The notes under the pieces are model-generated. The model was given only the letters and a program-made list of their open reading frames with translations. It did not search any database and was not told the DNA's origin. Source: Octopus vulgaris (taxonomy: Eukaryota). Taken from it: a stretch of 64,000 nucleotides of DNA. The translations under genes were made by a program, and so were the position numbers. Numbering within the stretch: the stretch's first letter is position 1; every line of letters starts with the position of its first letter. Location of the stretch: contig OX597840.1 of the NCBI GenBank assembly GCA_951406725.2, forward strand, positions 27,590,001 to 27,654,000, given 5' to 3'. Shown piece after piece: positions 43,452 to 56,733 of this stretch.

Positions 43452-43498
<47 letters not shown>

Positions 43499-43601
43499 TG
43501 ACAACGAAGAAAGAAAATGAAAAAGAATGTAAACGAACAAGAAGAAAGAAGAATGAAGAAAAAGAAGAAGAAAGAAGAATAAAGAAAAAGAAGAAAAAGA
43601 A

Positions 43602-43636
<35 letters not shown>

Positions 43637-43950
43637 AGAAGAAGAAGAAGAAGAAAAACAACAACAACAACAGCAACAATAACAAAGGAGTGAATGAAGT
43701 GAAATTCGAAAAAAGGAAAGAGAAGAGAAAGAAGAAAATTAAAGTGAAGGAAGCCGGTAGAGTCAGATATGAAAATAATGAGTAGTAGTAGTAGTAGTAG
43801 TGTAAAATGTAATAATTGGCGAGATGATGTTGGTAATAACAATGGATGCTGATTGCTTATTTAAGCATGAAACCATCTTGGTTTATTTTGTTGGTGTTAT
43901 TTACTTTTGGCAAATATATTGTTTACATTATATTTATATATATATATACA

Positions 43951-44002
<52 letters not shown>

Positions 44003-44033
44003 TGTTTTGGAGCGTGTTTATAGACTCATTCTG

Positions 44034-44087
<54 letters not shown>

Positions 44088-44120
44088 TTTGCTGTGTGTG
44101 TGAGTTTGTGGGGGGGTGTA

Positions 44121-44184
<64 letters not shown>

Positions 44185-44735
44185 GAGTGAGAGGGCAGTA
44201 CCTGCCATCAAAATGACACTGGGGATACAAATATGTGAAGCCCAGTATACCCATCATGACTACCCGTCTGATAAGGGTACACCAGGCACATGCATCACAA
44301 CCATATGTGCGCGACATGGTGATCTCATATCAAGATTAACAGCGTATGACCTTGCAGGTGGGGGTCCAGTTAGAATTTTCTTTATGTTGAGTAACCGATC
44401 CCGCTCAAAAGGTCCCTGAATAAGGGTTGTTTAAGGATATTGAACGAAACACCCATGGTTCCAGAGGTGAATTATTCAAACCTCAAAGAATCCCTATCAA
44501 CACATGGCTATATTGCTCCCCCACTACTTCTGCTCGTGGTCAGAGATGCACATATCATCAGCCATTAAGGGACATGCTCAACTGGTTAAGGTCAAACAAC
44601 TGACAAGCAAATCTGTGGTATTGAGCAGAATATTTGCTGTAGCCCATCTTTTATACCAAGACAAAACAATGTACATGATAACACTTCCAATCAGTTAAGA
44701 TCAGAAGCCATAAAAGCCACAGCCTGGTACTGCAT
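44185..44735. mobile_element. Probable non-autonomous retroposon inserted in (TAT)n
   Basis: A 550-bp higher-GC non-coding block bounded by (TAT)n-type runs on both sides. Single copy in this window, so the call is inferred. Confidence 0.4.
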
Positions 44736-45262
44736 TTATAATTATTATCATTATTATTATTATTTTTATTGATGATGTTGTTGTTATCTTGTTATTAATT
44801 GTGAGCAATAATTTACGATGGATTAAGAGTGTACAATGCATGATGGAAAAAGGACACGGGTCGACGCCTTCAGCAAAGATACATACTTGAGACCAGTCGA
44901 AGAAGCATCTAAATACATCAGTCGACCCGCTTGAAAGAACAAGCAAACTTTCATCAAATTATAAGCTATTATCTTAAACAAAAGATGTATGGAAACACTG
45001 ATAATATATATATATATTAATGTATGAATTTCACAGCATGTTTATTGAACTTTTACAAAGAAATGTTTAGGAATGGTTTAGAAGTTTTACACACGCATAC
45101 ACATATACTGCAAACTGTTTTTTTTATCAAAATGTTTGAAATCGTCTGATGAAATGGTGTGGTTACGTAGTAATGAAATGTGTTATGTATTAATGAATAA
45201 ATAGCCATGCTATAGAAACATGCATAGCATGAATTGAGCTGTCAATTAATATTCCTTTGTGT

Positions 45263-45294
<32 letters not shown>

Positions 45295-45714
45295 ACGGAA
45301 AAATGACGTGATGGTCAAGGGGTTGGAACACTTTTCACCATAAGACATCAAGATTACAACATAGGATTGAACAACAATAAAAAGAATTGAACTTTTAGAC
45401 AGTTGAGTCCTGATACGGCTTCCTTGATGTTGTGTATGTAACGCCATATCAATCCCTTCTTCGGTAGATTCAGTCTTAAGGACTTTCCAACTACGACTTG
45501 TGATTCCTTAAAAGCTTTTTTTTATAAATCAGGAACCAATATATCCACTATATTAGTCTTCAAACTCTTGAACACTATGGAGTGATTCGAAAAAGAATGA
45601 TTTTTTTTTTCCTTTTATTGTATTTGATATTCTTTGACCAGTTTCCTCGTTGGTCATAAATTCCAAGATGGGTCAATGACTTGTTTTACAGTAATACTGT
45701 ACTCTTTCCTTTGA

Positions 45715-46185
45715 GTTTGTACGTCCGGAATACAGGGGCACTCTCTTCTTGCAGAACATATGTCCGTGTAAAAGAAACTAGAGAATCTCCTAGTAGAATG
45801 TATGGCTCTGAATTTGAAGACCCTTTTGCCGTAAGAGATATGTCCGAAAAGCTGGGAGAGTATATCTTTGTTGGATATAAATCCGTAAAAAAGTATCTGG
45901 AGTTTTTCTCCTAGTAAAATGCATGGGAAACTACAGGATTACATCTTTATATTATGTATGTCCGAAAAATTGAAGAATCATCTTTTATGGTGTATATCCG
46001 AGAAACTAGGGACCTGTTTCTATGAAGAAGTAAATCCATGAAACAAAAATTGGTGTCTCTCACTCCTTACAAAACGTATGTCCGAGAAACGGAGAGACTT
46101 GCTTTCCGTACGATGAATATCCAAAAAAAGCGAAAGTGTAAACGATCCTTGTTGTATATATGTCAGGAAAACTGGGACCTCTCTA
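45715..46185. repeat. Highly degenerate ~40-bp minisatellite
   Basis: Recurring (T)ATGTCCGA(G)AAACT(A/G)GG(A/G)...TCT motif about 11 times. Confidence 0.65.
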
Positions 46186-46362
46186 TCGTTGTCATATTTT
46201 GATGGTTTAGTCAACTTGACTGTGCAGGGTGAGTGTAGGAGAAGATGCATCCGACTACCTCATACCAGTAAAACTAGTGGGTATGTGATAATGCTTATAT
46301 TGCTGTAAAATTGAGATCCAAGAATCACAAGCCTTGATATCGTTTTTTTTTCTTTTTCAATC

Positions 46363-46587
46363 CGGAGACAAACACAGGCACACAAACATATACACACACA
46401 TACATATATATATACATATATACGACGGGCTTCTTTCAGTTTCCGTCTACCAAATCCACTCACAAGGCTTTGGTCAGCCCGAGGCTATAGTAGAAGAAAC
46501 TTCCCCAAGCTGCCACGCTGTGAGACTGAACCCGGAACCATGTGGTTGGTAAGCAAGCTACTTACCACACAGCCAATCCTACGCCTA
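46363..46587 (-). mobile_element. SINE family B, 5' half
   Basis: Reverse match to the head of 39664-40083. Confidence 0.9.
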
Positions 46588-47234
46588 TATATATATATAT
46601 ATATATATATATGTTCTAACGGTCGATTACTATATTGTCAATCGATCGATCGATCGATTGAGTAAACAGTACCAATAAAGGCAACCAAAACGTATATCTG
46701 AAACATCTGTAAGACTATCATAATAAACATATAAATGTATGAAGTTCATTGTTTTTGCCTTTTTCTTATATATAATGGTAGCAAACAGTGAGAATGAGTG
46801 CTCGCTACCACATTTGGTCGATAAATACGTCCTTCCTTTATTTGTGGATTAACAATGCTACCAACGGTTTCATGCGGGAGTCTTCACAATTATTCAAGCG
46901 TCCTACTCCAGAATTCTGATATTTTTTTTGTGTGACAAGCATATGTGTGTGTGTGTGTGGTGTGTATTACGTTGTGTTGCATTTATGTTGTTCTGTAAGA
47001 ACACAATGTATTATAAAACACGCCATAAATTTCAACTCCGTCCATCCGTGCCCCCCCCCCATAATCACATGACTCTACCAACGCGTTCAGGAGCGGATTC
47101 TTGTGTAAAAGCTTAATTTCTTTTCAGTTACACAATCAAAGACCCTTCACAATACTGACACGAAATACCACAGAGAACATAACCCTCCTGTATAAATTAA
47201 AGGGGTCTCGTACATACATACATACATACATACA

Positions 47235-47268
<34 letters not shown>

Positions 47269-48673
47269 CATGGACGCATGCGTGCATAAGAAATGGTTAT
47301 GTCAAAGGGAGCGACGAGAGGGGATGCCGGTTTTAATTTCGAAATAAACACTCATCGTCTTCTTTCCACGTCATTTTACGCCAGATCACGTGATGACACT
47401 TTACCCGTCTCCCCCGTCTCCCCCGCTCTCTCTCTCTCTCTCTCTCTCTCTAAACACCAATTCTCTGACGACTGTGTACATATGTACATAATTGTCAGAA
47501 TCATTTACCCGGATGAAAGACCACATGGATAGAGACCCCGTAGTGGACAATGATTTTTCTGTTTGCTATTATTTCGCTGTTGAAGGGTTCGAGTTGTGAG
47601 ATGGTCAATTTAACGCTTTCATGGTCCTGATGCTTAGAAACAGCAACGGATTATGGCGGTGGAAGTGAGAATGGCGATGGTGGTGGTGGCGGCGACGGCA
47701 GGCTTAGTGGTGGTGGTGGTGGTGGTGGTGGAGGTGGAGGTGATGGTAGTGGTGGTGGAGGTGTTGGAGGTGGTGTTGGTGTTGTTGGTGTTGGTGTTGT
47801 TTGTGGTGGTGGTGGTGGAGGTGGATGTGGTGGCGGTGGCGGCGTTGGTGGTGGTGGTAGTGATGTTGGTGGTAGTGGTGGAAGTGGTGGTGGTGGAGAT
47901 GGTGGTGGTGGAAGTGGTGGTGGTGGAGATATGGTGGTGGTGGTGGTGGTGGAGGTGGTGGTGGTAGTGGAGGTGTAGGTGGTGGTGGCAGCGACAGGCT
48001 TCGTTGTGGTGGCGGCGACAGGCTTCGTGGTGGTGGCGGTGGTGGTGGTGGTGGTGGTGGCGGCGGTGGTGGGAGCATAAAATAAAAGAGGTTAGGTCGG
48101 ATCAAAATCTAAAATGGCATCTAACCCTTTAATACCCCAGCTGGTCGCCGTAATCAGAATGGGGTAAAAGAAAGCCGCAGAAGTGTGTGCGCTATGCGGT
48201 CCTTGAGAGGTTTACTTGCTTGCTTCTCAGCTGCTTACACTTCAAGATTGAAAGTCTCTAAGAAAAAAAAAATCATGGTGGGGGTCAATGAATGAATGGA
48301 TGGATAGATGGATGGGGTTGGCCTGCGTATATATGTATATTTGCTTATATATATATATATTTGCTTACTAAATATATTTGTTCAGATTCATAGAAATACA
48401 CTCGTACGCACATACACGCAACACCTACAGATACATACACACGCTAGCACACGCATTGTTACATTGAACACCCATGCATACAAATGTATATAACAAAGTA
48501 GAAATGTAACATATATATATACACAACTACACACACGTACAAACGCCCGTGCACACACACACGCACACACACATGAGCAATTCTTCACAAAAAAGCGGCA
48601 ACAGACGTTGGGGTTTAATGAATGGAGAGATTCTATCTCTCTATCTCCCTTTCTCTCCCTCATTCTTTCTCTA

Positions 48674-48689
<16 letters not shown>

Positions 48690-48704
<15 letters not shown>

Positions 48705-49560
48705 GCATTGTCACATACACATATATACATACACGAACAGCATTTGCACACATACACACACATACATACATACATACACACACATACATACACACACAGC
48801 TTTTACACACACACACATGCATACACAGCATTTACACATACACATATATACATACACACACAGCATTTTACACACACATACATACATACACACACACACA
48901 TACACATATATACATACACACACAGCATTTACACACATACACACACACACACACATACACACACATGCATACACAGCATTTACACATACACATATATACA
49001 TACACACACAGCATTTACACACATACACACACATACATACATACACACACACATGCATACACAGCATTTACACATACACATATATACATACACACACAGC
49101 ATTTACACACATACACACACATACATACATACACACACACATGCATACACAGCATTTACACATACACATATATACATACACACACAGCATTTACACACAT
49201 ACACACACATACATACACACACACATGCATACACAGCATTTACACATACACATATATACATACACACACAGCATTTACACACATACACACACATACATAC
49301 ATACACACACACATGCATACACAGCATTTACACATACACATATATACACACACACACAGCATTTACACACATACACACACACACAGCATTTACACACATA
49401 CACACACACACACACAGCATTTACACACACACACAGCATTTACACACACACACATGCATACACAGCATTTACACACATACACACACATACATACATACAC
49501 ACACATACACAGCATTTACACGCATACATACTTAGATGCATACACACACACACATTTACA
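48690..49560. repeat. (CA)-derived satellite with alternating CAGCATTTA-anchored units
   Basis: More than 20 CACAGCATTTACAC anchors in a ~60-bp dimeric repeat. Confidence 0.92.
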
Positions 49561-50110
49561 CACACACACACATCTGTACAAAGACATTAACAGACGTGTG
49601 GATAGTTAAAGAGAATAAGCAGCTATCCTTCATCTTTCTTTCTCTCTCTCTCTCTCTCTTAGTATCTCTATCTCCCTTTTCTCTCCATCTCACTCCTTCT
49701 CCCTCTCTCTGTTTTAATATCTCCCTCCCCCTCAGCCTATCTGGATATCTCCCTCCCCCTCTGACTCCCTCTCTGTATTAAATCTCTGATACATTGCATA
49801 AACTGAAACACTTAAGCCAATCAAGAAACCAGTAGGTGGTCACCAAATTTGCAAGAAATAGCAGTCAAATCTTCATAAATAAAAACCTGCCGTCTTATAA
49901 CAACAACATAGCCGTGTGGTTTGCAAGCTCGTTTTGTAACCGCATGATACCGGATTCGATACCACTAGCTGTCACCCGGGGGCAAGTGTTCGTCTTTTTT
50001 CATCACCCCCGGGCAAATAGTGGCTCAGGCTCATTATGGGGTTGACTGCGGTAAACAGAAACTGCGGTGAAATCCTTGAGTGTATGATGTTGTTATTTCT
50101 TGTTATTAAT

Positions 50111-50971
50111 GCGGTGAGCTGGCAGAATCGATAACACCCTGGAGAAAACGCTTAGTGGCTTTTCTTTCGCTTTTACGATCTGAGTTCAAATTCTGTCGAG
50201 GTCGATTTTGCTTTTCGTCCTTCCGGAGGTCGATGAAGTAAGTACCAGTTAAGCACTCGGTTAGATGTAATCGACAGCCCCCTGCACTCTCCAATCATCA
50301 GGTCTTGTGATTCTAATAGAGAGAATTATTTCAAGGTAATTTTAGGAATAACAACGGGGTATTTTTACGGAGGGCGTGATTTCATATTTTTTTTTCTACT
50401 CTAGGAACAAGGCCCGAAATTTTGGGGAAGGGAGTCAATCGATTAGATAGACCCCACTACGCAACTGGTACTTAATTTATCGACCCCGAAAAGATGAAAG
50501 GCAAAGTCGAACTCGGCGGAATTTGAACTCAGTAATACCTATTTCTTTACTACCCACAAGGGGCAAAAAACAGAGGGAACAATATCATAAAAAAGTAAAT
50601 AAGAGGAGAAACATGAAAAACTGAGAACCAAGCACCTAAAGACACGTATTGAGTCCTTTGAATAATATTTATCTCTCACCGGATGGAGTGCCTTTTTTGC
50701 TGATTTTTCTATCAGGGAACTGCACATTATATATATATATGTTTCTTTACTACCCACAAGGGGCTAAACATAGAGGGGACAAGCAAGGACAGACAAACGG
50801 ATTAAGTAGATTACATCGACCCCAGTGCTTAACTGGTACTTAATTTATCGACCCCGAAAGTATGAAAGGCAAAGTCGACCTCGGCGTGATTTGAACTCTG
50901 AACGTAACGGCAGACGAAATACGGCTACGCATTTCGCCCGGCGTGCTAACGTTTCTGCCAGCTCGCCGCCT
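50111..50971. mobile_element. Cluster of SINE family A copies (50111-50325 plus; 50405-50575 and 50740-50971 minus)
   Basis: Matches to 10926-11160 in both orientations. Confidence 0.88.
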
Positions 50972-50987
50972 TATATATATATATATA

Positions 50988-51047
<60 letters not shown>

Positions 51048-51059
51048 ATTTTTAAAATT

Positions 51060-51403
51060 TTGGAGTCAACGAAGTGTATGGTTGGACATTTATTCTCAAA
51101 CGCTACAATTGTTTCTGCGCAACGTCGTTCTCCAGGCGTGCAGGTACTTGACTATGCAACCGTTTCCCTGCATTGGGAGATCTAGTATTTCTTCAGGCGA
51201 TATGTAAATATTGTCTCCTCAAGTTAAAAATTCTCGGCTCCAAGAACATCCTTTCTGTCAGTCGTGGCTTAAATTCAGATCTCATAATGCAGGGAAACGG
51301 TTGCATAATCAAGTACCTGCACGCCTGGAGAACTACGTTGCGCAGAAACAATTGTAGTGACTGAAAGCAAATGTCCAACCGCACCCCTCCTTGTTGACTC
51401 CAA
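51060..51403. mobile_element. Foldback/MITE-like element with ~125-bp inverted arms
   Basis: TTGGAGTCAAC...GCAACCGTTTCCCTGCATT pairs with AATGCAGGGAAACGGTTGC...GTTGACTCCAA; loop about 90 nt. Confidence 0.8.
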
Positions 51404-51999
51404 TTTCTTTCAATAATCTATTCACACACGACAGATGCCCAAACGCGAACCTGGAAGTACGTATAATGCTACTACTGGGTAGCACAGGGTGAAATCTGAA
51501 AGTGGACAAGATCTATACTGTACTTTACTACGTTCCTAACAGAATATACCATAACATTTTTCTTTTTTCTTTTCAAAGAAAATATTTCTCCCAGCGTTCA
51601 CTATTTTCCTCTCGTTCTGGTCTAACAACCCTCCATGTTCGTTTCCATTTGGTTTCCTTGTCTGTCTCAACTGCCATGTTTTTGTTCCAAACTTTGACCC
51701 TCCATAAATCCTAAATTTTATTTTAGAATTTATGGGAGCAACTGTCTTTCAAGACTCTTATTGTCGTTGAATGCTCGAAAATATAAGAACAGTATATTAA
51801 GGAACAATTCGTTCATTCCTTCGGACTAACTTAATTTGTTTTATTACTGATATACTATTATGTGCACATTCAAAAATGATTTATTAGTATAGAAGAGAGA
51901 TGACTGTGACTTCGAAACTTCGGGCAGTCTGATGAAGGCTGGCAAGTCGAAATCTTGAAGTCACAATCACCACCCTTTTTTGTAAAAGTATGATAAATA

Positions 52000-52353
52000 C
52001 AAGAGCCCTCTCTGCCAAGAAAACACCAACGTCCTCTCAACTATTAGCCGGAGATGATTTTTTAAAATGAGAATCTCTGAAATAAACTCGACTGCTCTCA
52101 CAAACAACAATACTAAAACCCGACCGCTCTCTAAAATAAGGTAAAAAAAAAAAAAACTGAAAAATAATCCAGAATCCTTGTCCGGTACCGGATCGATCCC
52201 AAAATCTAATTAGTTGGTGCCAGTCTTGAGGCCAAACATCCCTGAGAGTTTCATTTGAATCCATCCAGCGGTTCTTGAGATAATCTTGGCCACGGACAAA
52301 CAAACAAACACGACTAAAAACAATACCTCCACCTTTGCTAAGGCGGAGGTAAT
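52000..52353 (-). mobile_element. Helentron-associated (DINE-1/HINE-like) non-autonomous element
   Basis: Minus strand starts TTATTACCTCCGCCTTAGCAAAGGTGGAGGT (hairpin/subTIR), then (GTTT)n and an internal palindrome TCCGGTACCGGA, and ends with a CTTGGCAGAG subTIR-like motif. Confidence 0.6.
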
Positions 52354-52606
52354 AAAGAATATGTTCCAACAGTTTTTAACTCGCGACCGTCTGCTTCTTA
52401 AGCAAATATGATAACCACTATACCTAAGTGGAGCAGAAGGATAAACGTGGATTGAAAGTGTCACTGAAGAGGCCACAGATATGTGACGAAAGATTTCTAG
52501 ACAATAAACATATGATAAATATGTATTCTACAAGATTAATGAATATTTCTTCAGTTTGTAGTTAAATTGTTCTTATTAAAAAACTCAATACAAACATCAG
52601 TATATA

Positions 52607-52838
52607 CCTATTTCTTTACTACCCACAAGGGGCTAAACACAGAGAGAACAAACAAGGACAGACAAACGGATTAAGCCGATCATATCGACACCAGTGCGTA
52701 ACTGGTACTTAATTTATCGACCCCGAAAGGATGAAAGGCAAAGTCGACCTCGGTGGATTTTGAACTCAGAACGTAACGGCAGACGAAATACCGATACGCA
52801 TTTCGCCCGGCGTGCTAACGTTTCTGCCAGCTCACCGA
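52607..52838 (-). mobile_element. SINE family A, full length
   Basis: Collinear reverse match to 10926-11160. Confidence 0.92.
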
Positions 52839-53345
52839 CCTGTGGTTCCCAAACTTTTTCCGGCTGCCGCCCCCTTGACACCCGGGCCACATTCCTAGCG
52901 CCCCCACCTCAACTACCCATCACAAACACAGACCTCTTTCTGAAACAAATTCAAAGCAACAGTATTTCATAAATATAACCTAACCTAATGAACCCATTAT
53001 TTTGTTGTTTTTACATGAATCCCCACCCCATTTTCACCCCGACTCTTACATGAATCGCCACCCCATTATTGTCCACATTCCTTTAACGTCCCCTTGAAAC
53101 ATTCCAGCGCCCCCAAGGGAGCAATACCGCCCACTTTGGGTGGCGAGCTGGCAGAATCGTCAGCACCCCGGACAAAATGCTTGGCAGCATTTCGTCCGTC
53201 TAGACCAGGGGTTCTCAACCAAGGTCCACATCAGAATTTGGCGGGGGTCCACACAACAAGATAGTAAATTGGGGACCACAGTAATATTCTAAGGACCCCC
53301 TGAAAAAATTTTGGTCAGTATTGCAAGAAACAGCCAGATTTATTT
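52839..53345. mobile_element. Nested hAT-like MITE remnants split by a SINE A head (53140-53200)
   Basis: CTGTGGTTCCCAAA...TTTGGG (52840-53140), then GTCTAGAC followed by a CAGGGGTTCTCAACC terminus at about 53206. Confidence 0.55.
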
Positions 53346-53361
53346 CTTTAACATTTTACAT

Positions 53362-53558
53362 AGCACAAGGCCTGAAATTTTGGTTGAGGAGACTAGTCGA
53401 TTACATCAACCCCAGTATTTCACCGGTACTTAATTTATCGACCTCGTAAGGATGAAAGGCAAAGTCGGGCTCGGCGGAATTTGAACTCAGATCGTGCAGA
53501 CGGACGAAACACCTCTAAGCATTTTGTCCGGCGTGCTAACGATTCAGCCAGTTCGCCA
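53362..53558 (-). mobile_element. SINE family A variant
   Basis: Reverse head and core match. Confidence 0.87.
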
Positions 53559-54552
53559 TGTTACCAACAACAACAACAACAATAATATCAATAATCCTGC
53601 TCTTGTTGATGTTTTTGCCAGTAAAAATCGCGATGTTCACGCTTGGAGTGTCTTTGATCATAGATCTGCTTGATACGTTCTAACTTGGAGAAGAAGAACA
53701 ACACCAGAAATATGAGTAAATAGATAAATAGATAAATAAAATCGAGAAACGAGGCAGTCACTATGTAGTCGTCTGCTGTGTTAGAAATAGCAGTCAAATC
53801 ACCTAAAATTTATTGTCTCGCGCAAAAATACACGGAAGGCACATTTGGCAATGAGATCGTAATGACACTATGTACCGAGGTAAAATAAAACTGGATTGGC
53901 ATGGCCGGATTGCCTTACCACCTCTATCCGTTTCTTCGTTTCATTCTTTCTTTCTTCCTTCGTCCTTTCCTTTCTTCTTCCTTCCTTTCTTTCTTCTTTC
54001 CTTCCTTATCTCGCTCTTTTCCAACGCAAATCTTTTAAAACTATTATGTTCAATTCTTTATCTTTTGTTAAATTATCCTCCCCGAACCCAAACACTCTTT
54101 CACCACCTCCACCACCACCACACCACCAACTTACTCGACCCCTGCCAATTTTCCGCCATCGCACCCTCACCGCTGCCGCTAACCCACCCACTCCTTTTTC
54201 CTTAACCTTTTATTTCGCGTCTTTTCTCTCGCATCCAGTCACGCTCTCCCCGTCACTATTCACATGTCGGCTACGATGTATATTTTCGGCCAATGACCAT
54301 GCGCAGTCTGAGAAATGGCAGCTAACAGCCAAACAAAACATAGGTGGAGCTGTACAGAATCGTTCTTTGTCTTCTTTTGTCTTCTGCTAGTCTTCGAATT
54401 AGTAGCAGCCTGGCCTTTGAAAGAGGCGTCGGCTCTTCTGATAGGTTGGATGTCACTGTCGGTTGTCAATGTTCGTTGGTCCGTTGGTTGGATGGTTTGG
54501 TTGGATGGCGGTAGGAAGAGATTGAGACAAAGAGAAGGGTGAAAGGGAAAAG

Positions 54553-54586
<34 letters not shown>

Positions 54587-54709
54587 GGAGTGAGAGAGAG
54601 AGAGAGAGAGACACACACACAGACGGATAGAAAGACAAAGAAAATGACGGAGACAGAGACACAGAAACAGAGGGACAGATACAGAAGAAGAGAGAGATAG
54701 GCAGATAGA

Positions 54710-54746
<37 letters not shown>

Positions 54747-55202
54747 GGAGAGAGAGGGAAACAAAGAGAAAATGAGGGAGTGAGACACACACACACACAC
54801 ACACACAAATACTCACAAATATAGTCAGAGAAAGAAAGTGAAAGATAGAGAAAGAGAGAAGGAAAGAAAGAGAGAGAGAGAAAGAAAGAGAGAGAAAGAA
54901 AGAAAGAAAGAAAGAGAGAAAGAAAGAGAGAGAGAAAGAAACTAAGAAAGAAAGAAAGATAGAGATCGTACAAGATAGAAAAAAAAAAGACGCAGAAAAC
55001 AGAGATAGAAAGGTAGACGAACAGACAGACATAGAAGAAAGAGAGAGAGGGAGAGAGAGAGAGAGAGAAAGAGAAAGAGGGAGAGAAAGAGAGAGAGAGA
55101 GAAAGAGAGAGAGAGATGCATTGTTAAGAAAACTAGCAACAACAGAAAAAAGAGCGTTAAAGCACGCCCCCTATCCTCCACGCACGTCCACATACATACA
55201 CT

Positions 55203-55255
<53 letters not shown>

Positions 55256-55642
55256 GCACATATATATTTATATACACACACACATATATATATACAGAGA
55301 TGGAGAAAGAGAGGGAGGGAGGTGTAGCGAGGTGATGTCATTGGTGAATGTCGGGTCAAGTGCGACAATTAGTTTGAACAATGGAAAGAAATAGACGAAC
55401 GGAATGGTAAAATGTCGTCGTTGAGAGAAAGACATGAGAGATTGGACTGCGTGACAGATGGGTGGTTGGGTGGACGGATGGATGGGTGGATGGAGGGGTG
55501 GGTGGGTGGTGGTGGAGGGGAGATGGGTGGATGGAAGAAAGGAAACGGAGAGAGAGAGAGACGTAGTGACAGATGTGGAACGAAATAGATTGTATGTGTG
55601 TGTGTAATATATAGATTGTATAATATTTATATATACACACAT

Positions 55643-55729
<87 letters not shown>

Positions 55730-55816
55730 CAATATATGTACAATTCATATGATTATAGAATATAATAGAACAATATAATGTTATATATATATATATATAG
55801 CGGCCTCGTATAGAGT

Positions 55817-55888
55817 GGTCTCATGGTGTAATGGTTAGCACTCTGGACTTTGAATCCAGCGATCCGAGTTCAAGTCTCGGTGAGACCT
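55817..55888 (+). tRNA. tRNA-Gln-TTG: tRNA-Gln (anticodon TTG), intronless, complete cloverleaf
   Basis: 72 nt. Acceptor stem GGTCTCA/TGAGACC plus discriminator T; D arm GTG..CAC; anticodon arm CTGGA-CT-TTG-AA-TCCAG; T arm CCGAG-TTCAAGT-CTCGG; intact A and B boxes; TTTT at 55896-55899. Confidence 0.93.
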
Positions 55889-56160
55889 CATAGTGTTTTA
55901 ATGACGATCCCCCAGCATGGTCACAGCTCGTGAGCTGAAACTAGATAAAATGAAATGATATATATACATTATTAGAGTTACTTAGCTCTTATTTCTAGCA
56001 ATGTAGGAGGTACCTAATACCCTAGTCACATTTAGTGACGGTGAAACATTTCAAACTGGTGTTTATATTAATTTTACAACGTAATATATATATATATAAA
56101 TATTGGCTAAACTGGCAAAATGACCATTCCTAAATACAACAATATATATATATATATATA

Positions 56161-56530
56161 TCTCTATATATAAACGGCAGTTTGTCTGTGCGTGTTTCTG
56201 TGTGTCTGTTTTCTCGTACCCTCACCCTGACCACGGCTTTCAACCGATTCTGATGAAACTTGACACACACATAGCCCAATGTCATAATTCAAAACTAACG
56301 CAGCGAAAATTTTGAAAAGTTCCCCCAGTTCTGAAAAAAATCGATAAATTCGACATGGGGTCGAGAATCAGAAACACAAACCACAGACTGTCTAGGGGAC
56401 GCAACTCGACCTTTTTAACTAAAAAAAAAATTTACCATAATTTTTTTTCCATTTTTTGGCTATAACTCTCTAAAAATGCTTTATAGTTATTTCCCTTACA
56501 AACCCGAGCAACGCCGGGCGATACTGCTAG
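56161..56530 (+). mobile_element. Non-autonomous Helitron-like element
   Basis: A|TC start, subterminal hairpin CCCGAGC-AAC-GCCGGG, CTAG|T end, no TSD, inserted in (TA)n. Confidence 0.82.
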
Positions 56531-56548
56531 TATACTATATAATATGTA

Positions 56549-56618
<70 letters not shown>

Positions 56619-56733
56619 TTTGTGTGTGTGTGTGTGTGTATATTCCAGCAATATGATGCGTTTTTCACATTTTCTAACCATGAAAACAATTTCATAAAAA
56701 TTGAAAGTTTGATACTATATACTCTTGCTCATA

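Noticed and set aside
48608-49609. Longest ORFs (333, 322 and 275 aa, His/Thr-rich)
   Set aside because: Open in all three frames only because the CA-rich satellite lacks stop codons.
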